Translations under genes and position numbers: made by a program
Notes under the pieces: generated by a model
The model's database searches: none
Told to the model about the DNA's origin: nothing
What the model saw: only the letters and a program-made list of their open reading frames with translations
Shown: positions 19,170 to 29,426 of the stretch, piece by piece
Numbering within the stretch: position 1 is the first letter of the stretch
How the letters are laid out: each line of letters starts with the position of its first letter
NCBI GenBank assembly: GCA_963422735.1
Contig: OY730476.1
Location: 288,001-352,000, forward strand
Origin: Candidatus Latescibacterota bacterium
GTDB lineage: Bacteria > Latescibacterota > UBA2968 > UBA8231
Length of the DNA stretch: 64,000 bases
Direction of reading: 5' to 3'

Positions 19170-20359
19170 GGGACTTCGCGGAACCGCTGCCCCAAGCATC
19201 CCTGAACATCGAAGGGAAGAAGCGTTCCAATATTTTTGCGTGGCGAGGACAGTTTTCTCCGCAACTCGTCGAATCCCTGCTTGCGGGGTACTGTCCTCCA
19301 GATTCGGTCGTTGTCGATCCATTTGCCGGAAGCGGGACCGTTCTCCACGAAGCAGCTCGCAAATCTCTTCCAGCATTCGGATTTGAGATAAACCCGTCGG
19401 CGTGGTGTTTCAGCAAGCTCTACGAACTCTCCGCCGCGTCTCAAGAAACGCGGCGGGAAGCGACCTTGGAGCTCCAAGACCAGATAAATCGGGAATTTCC
19501 GCTCGTCCTCTTCACCGAGGATCGCGAATTGGGAGAAGAAGAGGTTAAAGAAAAGGTGATTCGCATGGGTGCATCGCTCAGCGCACGGGCCAAAATCATC
19601 TGCAATGCACTGGTCGTTTTGCTGGACATCTACAAAAACCGCGTCTCCAGCGATTTCGTGCAGAGTCGGTTCGGCTCTTTGATGTCGCTGATACGGAGGT
19701 TGCCGCTTGCAGATCGCCCGATCAAGGCAGAGCTACAGGACGCGAGGGCACTCTCCCTTCCCAATCGGTCGGTCGATTTCGCAATCACGTCGCCGCCTTA
19801 CATCAACGTCTTCAACTACCACCAAAACTACAGGCACTCGGTCGAGTTGCTCGGATGGGATCTGCTGCGCGTCGCACGGTCTGAAATCGGCTCTAATCGC
19901 GCCAATCGCTTTTGCACGGTGGTGCAGTACTGCATCGACATGGGCGGTGCGTTGCAGGAATTGGCCCGCATCCTCTGCCCCGGCGGCCGCGCCATACTGA
20001 TTCTCGGGCATCAATCCAAGGTGCTGGGGACTCCCTTTTTTAATGCGGACATCGTCGCACGGATCGCCTGCGAATCAGGGCTATTCGGCCTTGCCCTCTG
20101 CCAACAGCGCGTCTTCAAGAATCGCTATGGTGAGCCGATCCGAGAGGGTGTGCTGAGCCTACGGAAAGAGTCAGATGGGAACGCCGCCATGCCTCTCACT
20201 CTGGGAAGAAGCGTGGCTCGTGATTTCCTATGCTCGGCTTTGCAGCGAGTCCCGGAGAAGAACAAGGATCTGCTGGTTGATGCTATTGATCGCATCGACC
20301 CGCTCGAAGGAACGCCAATTTTTGACAGCTCGTCCTATGCCCAATACCAGACTAGATAA
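19166..20359 (+). CDS. Site-specific DNA methyltransferase (N4-cytosine type)
   Basis: DPFAGSGT SAM-binding motif and TSPPY catalytic motif. Confidence 0.85.
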   Translation: MRDFAEPLPQASLNIEGKKRSNIFAWRGQFSPQLVESLLAGYCPPDSVVVDPFAGSGTVLHEAARKSLPAFGFEINPSAWCFSKLYELSAASQETRREATLELQDQINREFPLVLFTEDRELGEEEVKEKVIRMGASLSARAKIICNALVVLLDIYKNRVSSDFVQSRFGSLMSLIRRLPLADRPIKAELQDARALSLPNRSVDFAITSPPYINVFNYHQNYRHSVELLGWDLLRVARSEIGSNRANRFCTVVQYCIDMGGALQELARILCPGGRAILILGHQSKVLGTPFFNADIVARIACESGLFGLALCQQRVFKNRYGEPIREGVLSLRKESDGNAAMPLTLGRSVARDFLCSALQRVPEKNKDLLVDAIDRIDPLEGTPIFDSSSYAQYQTR

Positions 20360-20391
20360 GGAAGGTAAGTAAGCGGATGAATAGTGAGACA

Positions 20392-21214
20392 ATGGCTTTA
20401 CCGACGCCGCATCGAAATAAGCTCAAAGCCCTCCTTAAGAACAAACGTCCAGGGCCAAGTAGAAGAAGCACTTCGGCGCTATCGCGACTGGATCGGCGAG
20501 ATTGTGGCGGTGGAGAGAGGGCAACAAGATGCGGTTCAACGACTCGTGGAAGCGACCAATCGGTACAGAAATTTTATCGACTTAGATCTAAGGGCAGTTA
20601 AAGCTCGACAATACGATCATTGAGGAGTTTCTGCCGCATTTGTTCTACCGGGGATTGAGCTTGAGGAATGACATTTTCGAGCTAGGCCCGCGCCAAACGT
20701 TTGCCGGTTTGGGCTTTGCGTCGTCGCTGGCGGATCCGGGAACTGGGGGTCGTCCCCGGCTCAGGACTAAGAATCTGTACATGACATGATGCTGTCTTTC
20801 GACGAAAATTTTCGCGATGCTGAGCGCGTAGAGTCGCATCTAGGACATGTTTGCGCGGAATGCAAGACCAATCTCGATAAAACGATGTTTCAAGAGGCCG
20901 TAGCTACGAGCAGGGACCTGAAGACTGCTGTCCCTTCTTCCCTCTATTTCCTCATATGCGAATTTCTGGACATGACGCCGGTTTCTCTTTCAACGACGCA
21001 TATCGACGATGTTCTAATCGTCAGAAAGGCGAAGCGGATGTCGGGAATACCGGACGGCAGACGAGAGACAAGCTCGCAGAGACGAGTACGTCCATTTCCT
21101 GAAATCATCGGAGTACCATGCGGACGTATTTCAGCGCATAATCGACAAAGTTCAGTGCGTCCTAGATGAGTCGGGACCGGAAACGCACTACGTGCTGAAT
21201 CGAGGGTATTTTTG
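20392..21214 (+). pseudogene. Bpu10I-family restriction endonuclease, multiply frameshifted
   Basis: Fragments in several frames: ALPTPH..KL.ALL, VEEAL.RY..WI, and AECKTNLDKTMFQEA.ATSRDLK..YFLICEFLDMTP. Confidence 0.75.
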
Positions 21215-21249
21215 ATTGCCTGGAAATAGATCGCGAACAGGCGCGTCCA

Positions 21250-22092
21250 TCATCGAAAGCCGAGAAAGCGCCGGGCGGTCTCGCCCATGATGAGCCGGTG
21301 CTGATGGCTGCTCAGGTCGGGCAAAAGGTGGTCGAGGACCTCGACGCACTCGCCGTAGCCGGGGTCGGCTACAATCCAAGGAAAATCCGAAGCCCACAGC
21401 AGGCGTTCGGAACCAAAGGCAGACAGCAAGCTGCGGTGCCAAGCGGCCAAGTCGAGATAGGGATAGGCCGCCTTACTCATGGCGTATTGGCCCGACAGGT
21501 GGACGCGGACATTGGGCGAATCGGGCGCGGGTCCGAGGAACCCGGTTGGCGGCGGCATTGCCACGTCGATCTGCGGGCGGCCCTTGGCATCCCAAGTAAA
21601 CCGGTCCTCGCGTGGGCAGACCATGAGGTGATTGATCACGACGCGCACTTGGGGAAAGGCGGTGAGGAACTGGGGCAGCAGCGGGGCGGAAGCGGCGCGC
21701 AGGTAGAGCCAGAGCACGTAGCCCTTGCGGGCGGCGTGTTCCCATATAGGACGGGAAAAGTCGCCGAGCGAGCGGAGCCGGAAGCCGATGACAGAGCCGT
21801 CTTCAGCGAGGCGATCCATGTGGTCGGCGGGCGCGGCCGCGTCGGGCGGTATCAAGCCAATGCCCAAGAAGCGGTCGGAATAAGTGCGCAGGCAGTGTTG
21901 TAAATAGGCGTGATGCGCGAGGCTGGTGCCGCCGGTTTGCACGAGCACGGCCTTGTCGATGGCGCAGGCGGCCATGTGCGCCAAGAGATCCTCGACGGGT
22001 GCTTCGCGCTCGGCGGGCATACTCGGGGTGATCTCACGCGGGAACTCGGCGCTGGGGCGGGCGAAGACGTGCAGATGGGAGTCAATACGCAT
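21250..22092 (-). CDS. Amidohydrolase family protein (Amidohydro_2)
   Basis: IDSHLHVF, VINH and RLLWASDFPW. Confidence 0.88.
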   Translation of the reverse strand: MRIDSHLHVFARPSAEFPREITPSMPAEREAPVEDLLAHMAACAIDKAVLVQTGGTSLAHHAYLQHCLRTYSDRFLGIGLIPPDAAAPADHMDRLAEDGSVIGFRLRSLGDFSRPIWEHAARKGYVLWLYLRAASAPLLPQFLTAFPQVRVVINHLMVCPREDRFTWDAKGRPQIDVAMPPPTGFLGPAPDSPNVRVHLSGQYAMSKAAYPYLDLAAWHRSLLSAFGSERLLWASDFPWIVADPGYGECVEVLDHLLPDLSSHQHRLIMGETARRFLGFR

Positions 22093-22126
22093 AGTTTTAT
22101 TGGGTTGGGATGAGGTTTAAGTAAAA

Positions 22127-22413
22127 ATGGATAAGACAGCCTCCATGGACAAGGCGGCTGCGCCGTGCGTGAAACAGGTGAGAGGGAAGGGTAGCCGCGC
22201 TGCAACGGGGCGATTACCACCTGCTGCGGACCGGGATGCAAGATCGGTTACACCAGCCCTATCGAACGGCCTTGTCCCGGGGATGGAGCCCAGCGGCGGG
22301 GCGCAGAGGTGGCTGGTGCCATGCAGCAGGCGTGGACTGAAGAGGGAATTGCCGTGCGAACCTTGGTTCTCGGCCTCGCCGCCGAGGGCGTGCAATGCGT
22401 GAAAGAGAGGTGA
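22127..22413 (+). pseudogene. thrB: Homoserine kinase remnant
   Basis: Out-of-frame segments VAALQRGDYHLLRTGMQDRLHQPYR, LVPGME and AEVAGAMQQAWTEEGIAVRTLVL..EGVQ match the ThrB C-terminal half. Most of the gene is deleted. Confidence 0.75.
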
Positions 22414-22414
22414 T

Positions 22415-23416
22415 ATGGTCAGCGAAGCCGCGCTCATAGACGACATGACGACCCCGACACCCGAAGTCGTGGCGGCCGTGCGCCAGTTGGATGGCCCCAT
22501 CCTGCTGCTGGGGGTCAGCGGCAAGATGGGGCCGACCTTGGCCGAGCTATTGGTGCGGGCTGGAGCGCAGCAGGTGGTGGGGGTAGCGCGCTTTGCGGAT
22601 GCGGAAAAGCAGCGCTACTTGGAGAGCGTCGGCGTACAAACCATTGCTTGCGACCTGCTTGCCGACGAGGTGCTGAAGGGGCTGCCCGATGCGCCCAACG
22701 TCATCTTGCTCGCCGGATTTAAGTTTGGAGCCACTGGCAATGAAGATGCGACTTGGGCGGTGAATGCCGCGTTGTCCGGTGCGGTGATGGTGCGCTACGC
22801 ACAGTCGCGGATCGTCTATGTGAGTTCCGGCAATGTGTATGCATATACCAAGGCCCCGGGGGCCGGGGCGGACGAAGACGGGGCTTTAGGGCCGGTGGGC
22901 GAATACGCCCAATCGCGCTTGGGCGGCGAGCGAATCGCCCAGTACGCGTCGCGGGTACGGGGGACGCCCTTGGTCATTGCACGGCTGTTTTACGCCACCG
23001 AGCCGCGCTACGGCATCATCCGCGATCTGGCCGATAAGGTGTGGCAGCAAGAGCCGATTGACCTGACTATGGGGTACGTCAACCAAATTTGGCAGGGCGA
23101 TGCCAACGCCTATCTGTGCCGCTTTTTCCCCTTGTGCCACAGCCCGGCCGACGTCATCAACCTGACCGGCCCGGAGACCTTAGCCGTGCGCGAGTTAGCC
23201 GAACAGCTAGGGCAGATCATGGGCAAAAAGCCCCGCTTCACGGGCACGGAGGCCCCGGACGCCCTCTTGGGGAATAGCCGGCGCTTGTGCGCGGAATTTG
23301 GCCGGCCGTGCGTCGGCCCGGAGCAGATGCTGCACACTGTGGCCGAGTGGGTCATGGCCGGCGGCCCGAGCTTGGGTAAGCCGACCCGATACGAATCTCG
23401 CAGCGGGACGTTCTAG
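22415..23416 (+). CDS. NAD-dependent epimerase/dehydratase family protein
   Basis: LGVSGKMG, SSGNVY and EYAQS. Confidence 0.85.
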   Translation: MVSEAALIDDMTTPTPEVVAAVRQLDGPILLLGVSGKMGPTLAELLVRAGAQQVVGVARFADAEKQRYLESVGVQTIACDLLADEVLKGLPDAPNVILLAGFKFGATGNEDATWAVNAALSGAVMVRYAQSRIVYVSSGNVYAYTKAPGAGADEDGALGPVGEYAQSRLGGERIAQYASRVRGTPLVIARLFYATEPRYGIIRDLADKVWQQEPIDLTMGYVNQIWQGDANAYLCRFFPLCHSPADVINLTGPETLAVRELAEQLGQIMGKKPRFTGTEAPDALLGNSRRLCAEFGRPCVGPEQMLHTVAEWVMAGGPSLGKPTRYESRSGTF

Positions 23417-23418
23417 CA

Positions 23419-24321
23419 ATGGCTGAGCGGATCGCCGAGGCTGCCGTCAAAGCTGTCGAGGCGTTGTTGGTGGGCGGCACGGGTGCAAGTGCGCTCCGGG
23501 ACGGCCAGTTATTATGGTCCTTAGCCCATTTGTGGGATCAGCCGCGCTACCGGATGCTAGCTGAGCAGGTAGCCGAGGGCCGTGAGCGCACTGAGGAAGA
23601 CCAGGCTGCGGTCCGCGATGCCCTCGCGTTGGCCGAAGGGTTGGCGGCCTGTGGATATTGGGAACGGGCGCGGACGCTTGTGCTGCAAAGCCTAGCGCGT
23701 TGCGACGCAGCGGATTGCGTCGGCGAGTCCTTGCCCAAGGGGGCGCGCTGCCTCGATGACTGGGCGCAGGTGCTAAGCGTCTGTACGCGCCTTTTGCGCA
23801 CCCGCGCCGACCGCAAGCTACAAATAGCTGCTGCCCGCGCCGTAGCCTCCATCTTGAACTACCACTACCACCCGGACTTGGGGTTGTTGCTCTTTGTCGT
23901 CCGCCATGACTTCTTCCGCTTTGACGATCGCTGGGGAATCTGCGTCCACAGCGAGGCGGCCCTCGCCGCGCTGACTGCCGTATTGGACGAAGCCGGTCGC
24001 CGCGGCGAGACTCCCCTCATCGCCTTGGCAGGTCGCTGCTTGCGCCAACACGTAGAGGCCGCTTGGGACCCGGCCGAAGGCGGCGTACGCAGCACGTGCA
24101 GTGCTGGCGTGTGGAGCGCGGAAAAGCCCGGAGCGATCCAAACCGCAGCCATAGGTGCCTTAGCGACGCTGCACCGCTACGAGGGCGGCGACTGGGAGGC
24201 CGCGTGGCTGGATCGGGTGCGAGCTTACCAAAGGAACTGCCCCACCGATCCGCTCACTGCGCTGCGCTGCTTAGTGCGTTGCTCACGAGAACCGGATGAA
24301 AAACTTGACATTGTGAAGTGA
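23419..24321 (+). CDS. Hypothetical alpha-helical protein, weakly AGE (N-acylglucosamine 2-epimerase)-like
   Basis: GQLLWSLAHL, AWDPAEGG and AEK.. segments resemble an alpha/alpha barrel; catalytic residues appear degenerate. Confidence 0.45.
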   Translation: MAERIAEAAVKAVEALLVGGTGASALRDGQLLWSLAHLWDQPRYRMLAEQVAEGRERTEEDQAAVRDALALAEGLAACGYWERARTLVLQSLARCDAADCVGESLPKGARCLDDWAQVLSVCTRLLRTRADRKLQIAAARAVASILNYHYHPDLGLLLFVVRHDFFRFDDRWGICVHSEAALAALTAVLDEAGRRGETPLIALAGRCLRQHVEAAWDPAEGGVRSTCSAGVWSAEKPGAIQTAAIGALATLHRYEGGDWEAAWLDRVRAYQRNCPTDPLTALRCLVRCSREPDEKLDIVK

Positions 24322-24377
24322 GAAAGCGATTCTGGCCGCATGCGTCCGAGTAGGGCGCGATTGCGAGGAGGTCCATT

Positions 24378-25454
24378 ATGATTGTCTATCACGGCACGAC
24401 GCGCCGCGTCGCGCGTCAGATCGCCCGCGACGGCTTCCAGCCGCGGTCGCCTTCGCGGCGGGTGTGGCTTTCGCGGAGCGAGAGTTACGCCAAGCAGCGG
24501 GCACACGCCAAATCGAGGCACGTGCGGGATCGCCCCATCGTGCTAGCCGTAGATGTGGATTTGAAAACCTTGCGCCAGCGCTACGGCAGTAAGCAGGTGC
24601 GCGAAAGCGGCGGGGTCATCTCGATCAACGGGGCCATTCCCGCGTCCTCGTTGCGCAGACACTATGGGCTAGGGATCCCGGAAAGTGCCGAGGAGATCGC
24701 TCGCTGGATCAACGCCGTCTTGGGCGTCAAGGCGCACAAAGGCGTCAGCGCTCGCCACGAGGGTGTCTTGCGCTTGGCTCGCTGGATCGATAATAGGCTG
24801 GCGACTCGTCCCACTGCGCGGATCGGCGAGAAGGAGCTGCTCGCCCGCGCCGCGCAGTGGATCCCAGACCGCTTTGCCGGAGTGGAGATCGACTTTGAGC
24901 ACTTGCGGGTCTGGCCCAAGGTGGCGCGGGAGGCCGAGGCGCAGCAGGCAGCAATCGAAAGTGCGATGCCCGTCGATCTCCGCGAGGAAGAGGCCATCGC
25001 TTGCTTGGAGTCGGACAAACCGCAGCGGCAGGTGCGCGGCCTACAGCTCTTGGCCGACCTAGACGACCCAGACCTGTTTGAGTGGTGCGTATTGCTGCTC
25101 GGCGAGGGGCATCCGCAAAGCGCGGTCGGCGTCCTCAAGGTGATGCGGCGTTGCGAGGACATTCAGCCGGAGGTGCTGGCTCCGTACGCGGAGAGCGCAC
25201 ACAAGGCGGTGCGCGGCGCGGCCATTGAGGTGCTCATCCTGCGCAGTGGGGAAGATGCCCCGAAGTGGTTTTGGCGCGGCCTGACCGATCCGGTGCCACA
25301 TGTGCGGCTGAGCGCGGCCAAGTTCCTCGACCGCCTCGACCCGCGCACGCATCGCGACAGCTTTGAGGCCGCGCTCTACGACCCGCACCCGCAGGTGGCG
25401 CAAGCCGCGCGCAAGCTGACGCAGCGCATGGGATTCGAACCGTTGGCTTGGTAG
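24378..25454 (+). CDS. ART/Tpt1-like N-terminal domain fused to HEAT repeats
   Basis: YHGT..I..DGFQP..RRVWLS..A..PIVLAVD; C-terminal DP.P.VR..AA repeats; good RBS (GAGGAGG). Confidence 0.65.
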   Translation: MIVYHGTTRRVARQIARDGFQPRSPSRRVWLSRSESYAKQRAHAKSRHVRDRPIVLAVDVDLKTLRQRYGSKQVRESGGVISINGAIPASSLRRHYGLGIPESAEEIARWINAVLGVKAHKGVSARHEGVLRLARWIDNRLATRPTARIGEKELLARAAQWIPDRFAGVEIDFEHLRVWPKVAREAEAQQAAIESAMPVDLREEEAIACLESDKPQRQVRGLQLLADLDDPDLFEWCVLLLGEGHPQSAVGVLKVMRRCEDIQPEVLAPYAESAHKAVRGAAIEVLILRSGEDAPKWFWRGLTDPVPHVRLSAAKFLDRLDPRTHRDSFEAALYDPHPQVAQAARKLTQRMGFEPLAW

Positions 25455-25474
25455 GCAGCGGGACGATTCCTTAT

Positions 25475-25504
25475 GGGCAGCTTTTTTAGCTGCCCTCTTT
25501 TTTT
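25475..25504 (+). terminator. Rho-independent terminator
   Basis: gggcagct-tttt(t)-agctgccc hairpin followed by a T run. Confidence 0.7.
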
Positions 25505-25505
25505 A

Positions 25506-25710
25506 CGGAATTTCCTAGTGTACGGTTGGGGATTCCGGTTTCATGTAGGTGGTTTCACTCGGTATGCCCGTAGCCCTCGTCCGGGCCAGCGCAGTCCTCC
25601 GCGTCAACGTTCCGGGGCCCGTCGCCGGGTACCCATCGCCAAGGGGGCGGATGGGACTAACCACTAACCACTAACCACTGATTAAACAGTCCTTATTCTA
25701 GGAAAGTCTG
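25506..25710. mobile_element. MITE-like element, copy 2 (inverted relative to copy 1)
   Basis: Reverse complement of 14554-14800 with fewer heptamers. Ends are cggaatttcctag / ctaggaaagtctg. Confidence 0.8.
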
Positions 25711-25745
25711 TTTTTTTAAGAAGCTATCGGAGGGAGCGATTGTGC

Positions 25746-25809
25746 ATGGTTGCTAAACAGCGCGTGGTGCTGGGCGCGATTTTTGCGGAGTGCAATCAAT
25801 TCGGCGGCG
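25746..25809 (+). repeat. Diverged duplicate of the first 21 codons of the M81 peptidase gene
   Basis: MVAKQRVVLGAIFAECNQFGG versus MTDKHCVALGAIFTECNQFGG at 26008-26071. Confidence 0.8.
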
Positions 25810-26007
25810 GGCTGCTCCTCACCGTGCCGCCGGATATGGCTGCGAAGGCTGCCGGTATATCCGCTCCTTTCGCAAACCAGTACCGAGGGGCGTCTGTAAG
25901 CGGCTGCAGCCACGTTCAGCAAGGGAGAGTCCTCGGATGAAAAAGCCCCAGTTGTTCAGTCTCATCCTCTTGTTCGTTTCTGCTCTGTGCGCGATCAACT
26001 AATCACA

Positions 26008-27519
26008 ATGACCGATAAACATTGCGTAGCCCTAGGGGCCATTTTTACCGAGTGCAATCAATTCGGCGGCGAGCCAATTGATTTGTCGTGGTTTGAGCGC
26101 TATGAGCTGCGGCGCGGGCGCGATGTGCTCGCAGCCAAAGACGGAGTGGCCGGCGGTATGCTCAGTGTGCTGGCGGCGCACGGCGTGGAAGTCGCGCCCC
26201 TGTTGTTTGCCAGCACTTGCCCCGGCGGGCCGCTGACGCGGGCTTGTTACGACCCGCTCAAGGAAGAGCTTTTGGCACGGCTCAACGAGGCTCTGCCGGT
26301 AGATGGAGTCCTCATGCCACTGCACGGAGCGGCGGCTGTGGAAGGCGGTGTCGATTTGGAAGGGGACCTGCTGGCGGCCGTGCGGGTCGTGGTCGGGGAT
26401 GCCGTGCCGATCGTCGCCACGCTCGACCTCCACGCCCATATTTCCGCGCAGATGATGCGCGCTGCCGACGGCTTGGTGGCTTGGGAAACCTATCCGCATC
26501 GCGATGCCTTTTCCACCGGTGAGCGCGGGGCGCGCCTGCTGTGCGACGCGCTTGCCGGCGCGTGCAAACCCGCGATGGCGATGGCTAAGGTGCCGGTGCT
26601 CACCGGGGCCATTCACGGCTCGACCGAGGACGACGACCCCTTCGCGCAAGTGATGGCCTTGGCCAAGGCCGGTGAGCGGCGCGACGGCATCCTCTCGACG
26701 AGTGCGATCTTGGTGCATCCCTATCTCGATTTTGCCGGCATGGGCAGCGGCGGACTGGTGATTGCCGACGGCGACTTTGCCAAGGCCGAAGCACTTGCCC
26801 GCGAGTTGGCTACGGCGTACTGGGAGCGGCGCTTTGCCTTAGAGCCACAGATGTACGCGCCCGCAGATGCCGTGCGCGCTGGTTTGGCCGTTCAGGGCAG
26901 CCCGGTGGTGCTGGTGGAAGCCGCCGACTGCTGCGGCGGGGGAGCGGCTGGCGATAGCGCGGCTGCGCTGACGGCTCTGTTGCAAGCGGAATTGGACGGC
27001 CCGGCGCTGGTGCCCTTGGTTGATGCCCACGCGGCTGCGGCCTGCCATCAGGCCGGCGTCGGAGCCGAGGTGGAGTTGGCACTGGGGCACGGGCACGACC
27101 CGCGTTGGGGGCAGCCTATCACTGTGCGCGGCCGGGTGCTGCGGTTGAGCGATGGCCGTTTCCGCTATCGGGGTGGTATTTGGGAAGGGGTCGAAGGGCA
27201 GATGGGGCCGGCGGCCGTGCTCGCGCTGGGACAGATACAGGTGTTGTTGGCGTCGCATCCGACCTATGAGTGGGATGGCGAGCAGTTTGCGGCTCTGGGA
27301 ATGGACGCGGCGCAGGTGCGCTTTATCGTCGCCAAGAACCCCATGAACTACCGCCTCGCCTTTGGACCAATGGCGCAGGCCGTTTTTGTGCTCGACACAC
27401 CGGGACCGACGCCGGCGACGGTGCGGCACCTGCCCTTTGTCCAGCGGACGCGGCCCTTTTTTCCGCTGGACCCGGATATGGAGTTGGATATGGAGATTCT
27501 GCGCTCGGAGGCGCGATAG
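26008..27519 (+). CDS. M81 family metallopeptidase (MlrC-like)
   Basis: LHGA, EGDLL..VR, LDLHAH, YPHRD and DCCGGGAAGD. Confidence 0.9.
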   Translation: MTDKHCVALGAIFTECNQFGGEPIDLSWFERYELRRGRDVLAAKDGVAGGMLSVLAAHGVEVAPLLFASTCPGGPLTRACYDPLKEELLARLNEALPVDGVLMPLHGAAAVEGGVDLEGDLLAAVRVVVGDAVPIVATLDLHAHISAQMMRAADGLVAWETYPHRDAFSTGERGARLLCDALAGACKPAMAMAKVPVLTGAIHGSTEDDDPFAQVMALAKAGERRDGILSTSAILVHPYLDFAGMGSGGLVIADGDFAKAEALARELATAYWERRFALEPQMYAPADAVRAGLAVQGSPVVLVEAADCCGGGAAGDSAAALTALLQAELDGPALVPLVDAHAAAACHQAGVGAEVELALGHGHDPRWGQPITVRGRVLRLSDGRFRYRGGIWEGVEGQMGPAAVLALGQIQVLLASHPTYEWDGEQFAALGMDAAQVRFIVAKNPMNYRLAFGPMAQAVFVLDTPGPTPATVRHLPFVQRTRPFFPLDPDMELDMEILRSEAR

Positions 27520-27539
27520 GAGGAGGCTTAGGCACAGTG

Positions 27540-28053
27540 ATGAAGAAAGCAATATCCCCCCAACCCGCCGCGCCGTCTCCGCAAAATACAGCACTTCCTC
27601 CGGCGTCAGCGCCCGCGGTAGGACAGCCATTTTTTGAGGACCTGATAGCCGCCGAGTTTGTAGTCCCAAATCGCCGCCGGGACGTTGCTCCAGAAGGCGC
27701 GGTCGTTCAGATATACATCCAGCGTCTTTTCGCCCAGCACGGCGCGTTCCTCCGTCGTGTATTCGCGCTCGACGATGCGGCCTTGGCCCGGCATTACGGC
27801 GTCGCCTGTTCCGTAGTGGCCCCATCCAGCGGTGAGTGCGAAATCGTCGCCGGTCATGTTGCGGCCGTCGGTGGTGGCGAGCACGGCGATGGCGGCGCTC
27901 TCCGGGCGCATCTACGCCCAAGCCGAGACGGTCGGGATAGCGTTGCACGGCCCCGGATAAATTGGGGCGGCATTGTAGTCCGTTGCCGTCGGTTCCGAGG
28001 CTGTAGTCGCGTCGGCGAGATAGGTTTCAACCGCTGTCGTTAGTCGCGTCGTC
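27540..28053 (-). pseudogene. Type ISP restriction-modification enzyme remnant (N-terminal stub joined to C-terminal specificity domain)
   Basis: TTRLTTAVETYLAD stub, then GWGHYGTGDAVMPGQG..DVYLN..W.YKLGGYQVLKKWLSYR | RALTPEEV..FAETARR. Confidence 0.75.
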
Positions 28054-28060
28054 TTATGCA

Positions 28061-28624
28061 TCACGGCTTTCCGGTGGCTCTGAGTTTCTCAAGTCGCTCA
28101 ACCCACGCCTTAAAGCGAGGACATTTGGAGCGGATGTTCTCCAAGCCAATCCGTTCGGCCATCTGTGGTCCTACTGTTGTTTTCGAATATTCGGGAAATT
28201 CGGTGATGATCCGCTTCGATGGAGCCGTATGGTGTCCGTCGTCAATCCGTTCTGGGGACTGGACATCATCGACAATTCTCTGCAAAGCGGAGATTGGGGA
28301 ATCTGCATTGTCAAAGAAGACAGCGAACCGGGATACATCAGCAAACAAATAAGCTTCAAATTCATGCAACTGAATGAACGGGATAAAGCGATGATCGTCA
28401 GTTGCATCGAACCACGATCTTTCGAGAGCCTCCACCCGCTTATACGGGTCGTGGCGCAATTTCTCAGCTTCTTCAAGGCCGGGAAGTTGTGCAGGCAAGG
28501 CATAAAGGTCAATCATCGTGCTAAAAAACACGTCATTCCCTGATTCCTGTTTGCGACGACGATCGATGTCATTCTGCATCGCCCTGAAGTTTCTACCCCC
28601 TCCTCGATGGACTATTCTCTCCAA
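28061..28624 (-). pseudogene. DUF4276 family (TOPRIM-like) protein, N-terminally truncated
   Basis: TMIDLYALP, FIPFIQLHEFEAYLF, PE.IDDG..TAPSKRI and CPRF..W. The usual N-terminal EG.TE motif is missing. Confidence 0.75.
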
Positions 28625-29426
28625 TTTCCGGTTCGTCCACTACTATGAGTATTGGGAGGCCTTCTTTGGGTTGCAACAACAGCGAAATCAGACAGATGAC
28701 CCGCAGTGTACCGTCTGAGAGTTGGTGGGGACCGAACACGAGATCGGACTTGCAATGCCGCCAGTTGAGAATGATGTCTTTAGGATCGGTCGGATCCAGA
28801 ACAATCCGGCGATAAGCCGTTTCTTTGGAGGACTTGAGTGCATACAGTATAGCCGCCAGATTCGCTGCATCGAGCATAAGCCAGCGGTTGTCGCTAGCGT
28901 AACAATACTGCCGGACTCTCGAAGTCGGCGATGTATCGTGGAAGTGATAGACGCGGCAGCGATTCAGCAAATACCTGAGTGCTTTTGCCGCCGGTTCGTC
29001 CTTTTCTGCCTCGTCTCCAATCCGCGTTTCCTGATGGCTCATCCCCAGCGGTACGACCTTTGGTTTCGGATAGCCTGTTCGATGGAATGACAGCGTCTCT
29101 TCGGCAAAAATCATCGAATCACCGGCAGCGTGGAACAGCCGCATCCTACAAGTGTTCGTTCCATGCTCTACCTCGAGCGCCATCTCCGCTTCCAGTTGAG
29201 GAGTTATCCTCGGCCCAAAATGCAAATTGGCCGTAGCCCGCCCGGTCGCCCCAATATGTTGCTGAAGCCGTCCGCCCATTAATTCATTTACTAGCTTGAA
29301 GAAGGCAATGAGATTGCTCTTACCAGCCCCATTGGCACCGATCAAAACATTGAGCGGCCGGAGTTCCAGCATCATTTCCTTGATGGACCGAAAGCCTTTG
29401 ATCTTGGTATTCTTCAATTTTGGCAT
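28593..29426 (-). pseudogene. AAA_21/ABC-type ATPase with internal and C-terminal deletions
   Basis: GFRSI, GANGAGKSN, LSDGTLR and VVDEPE, followed by abrupt divergence. Confidence 0.8.
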
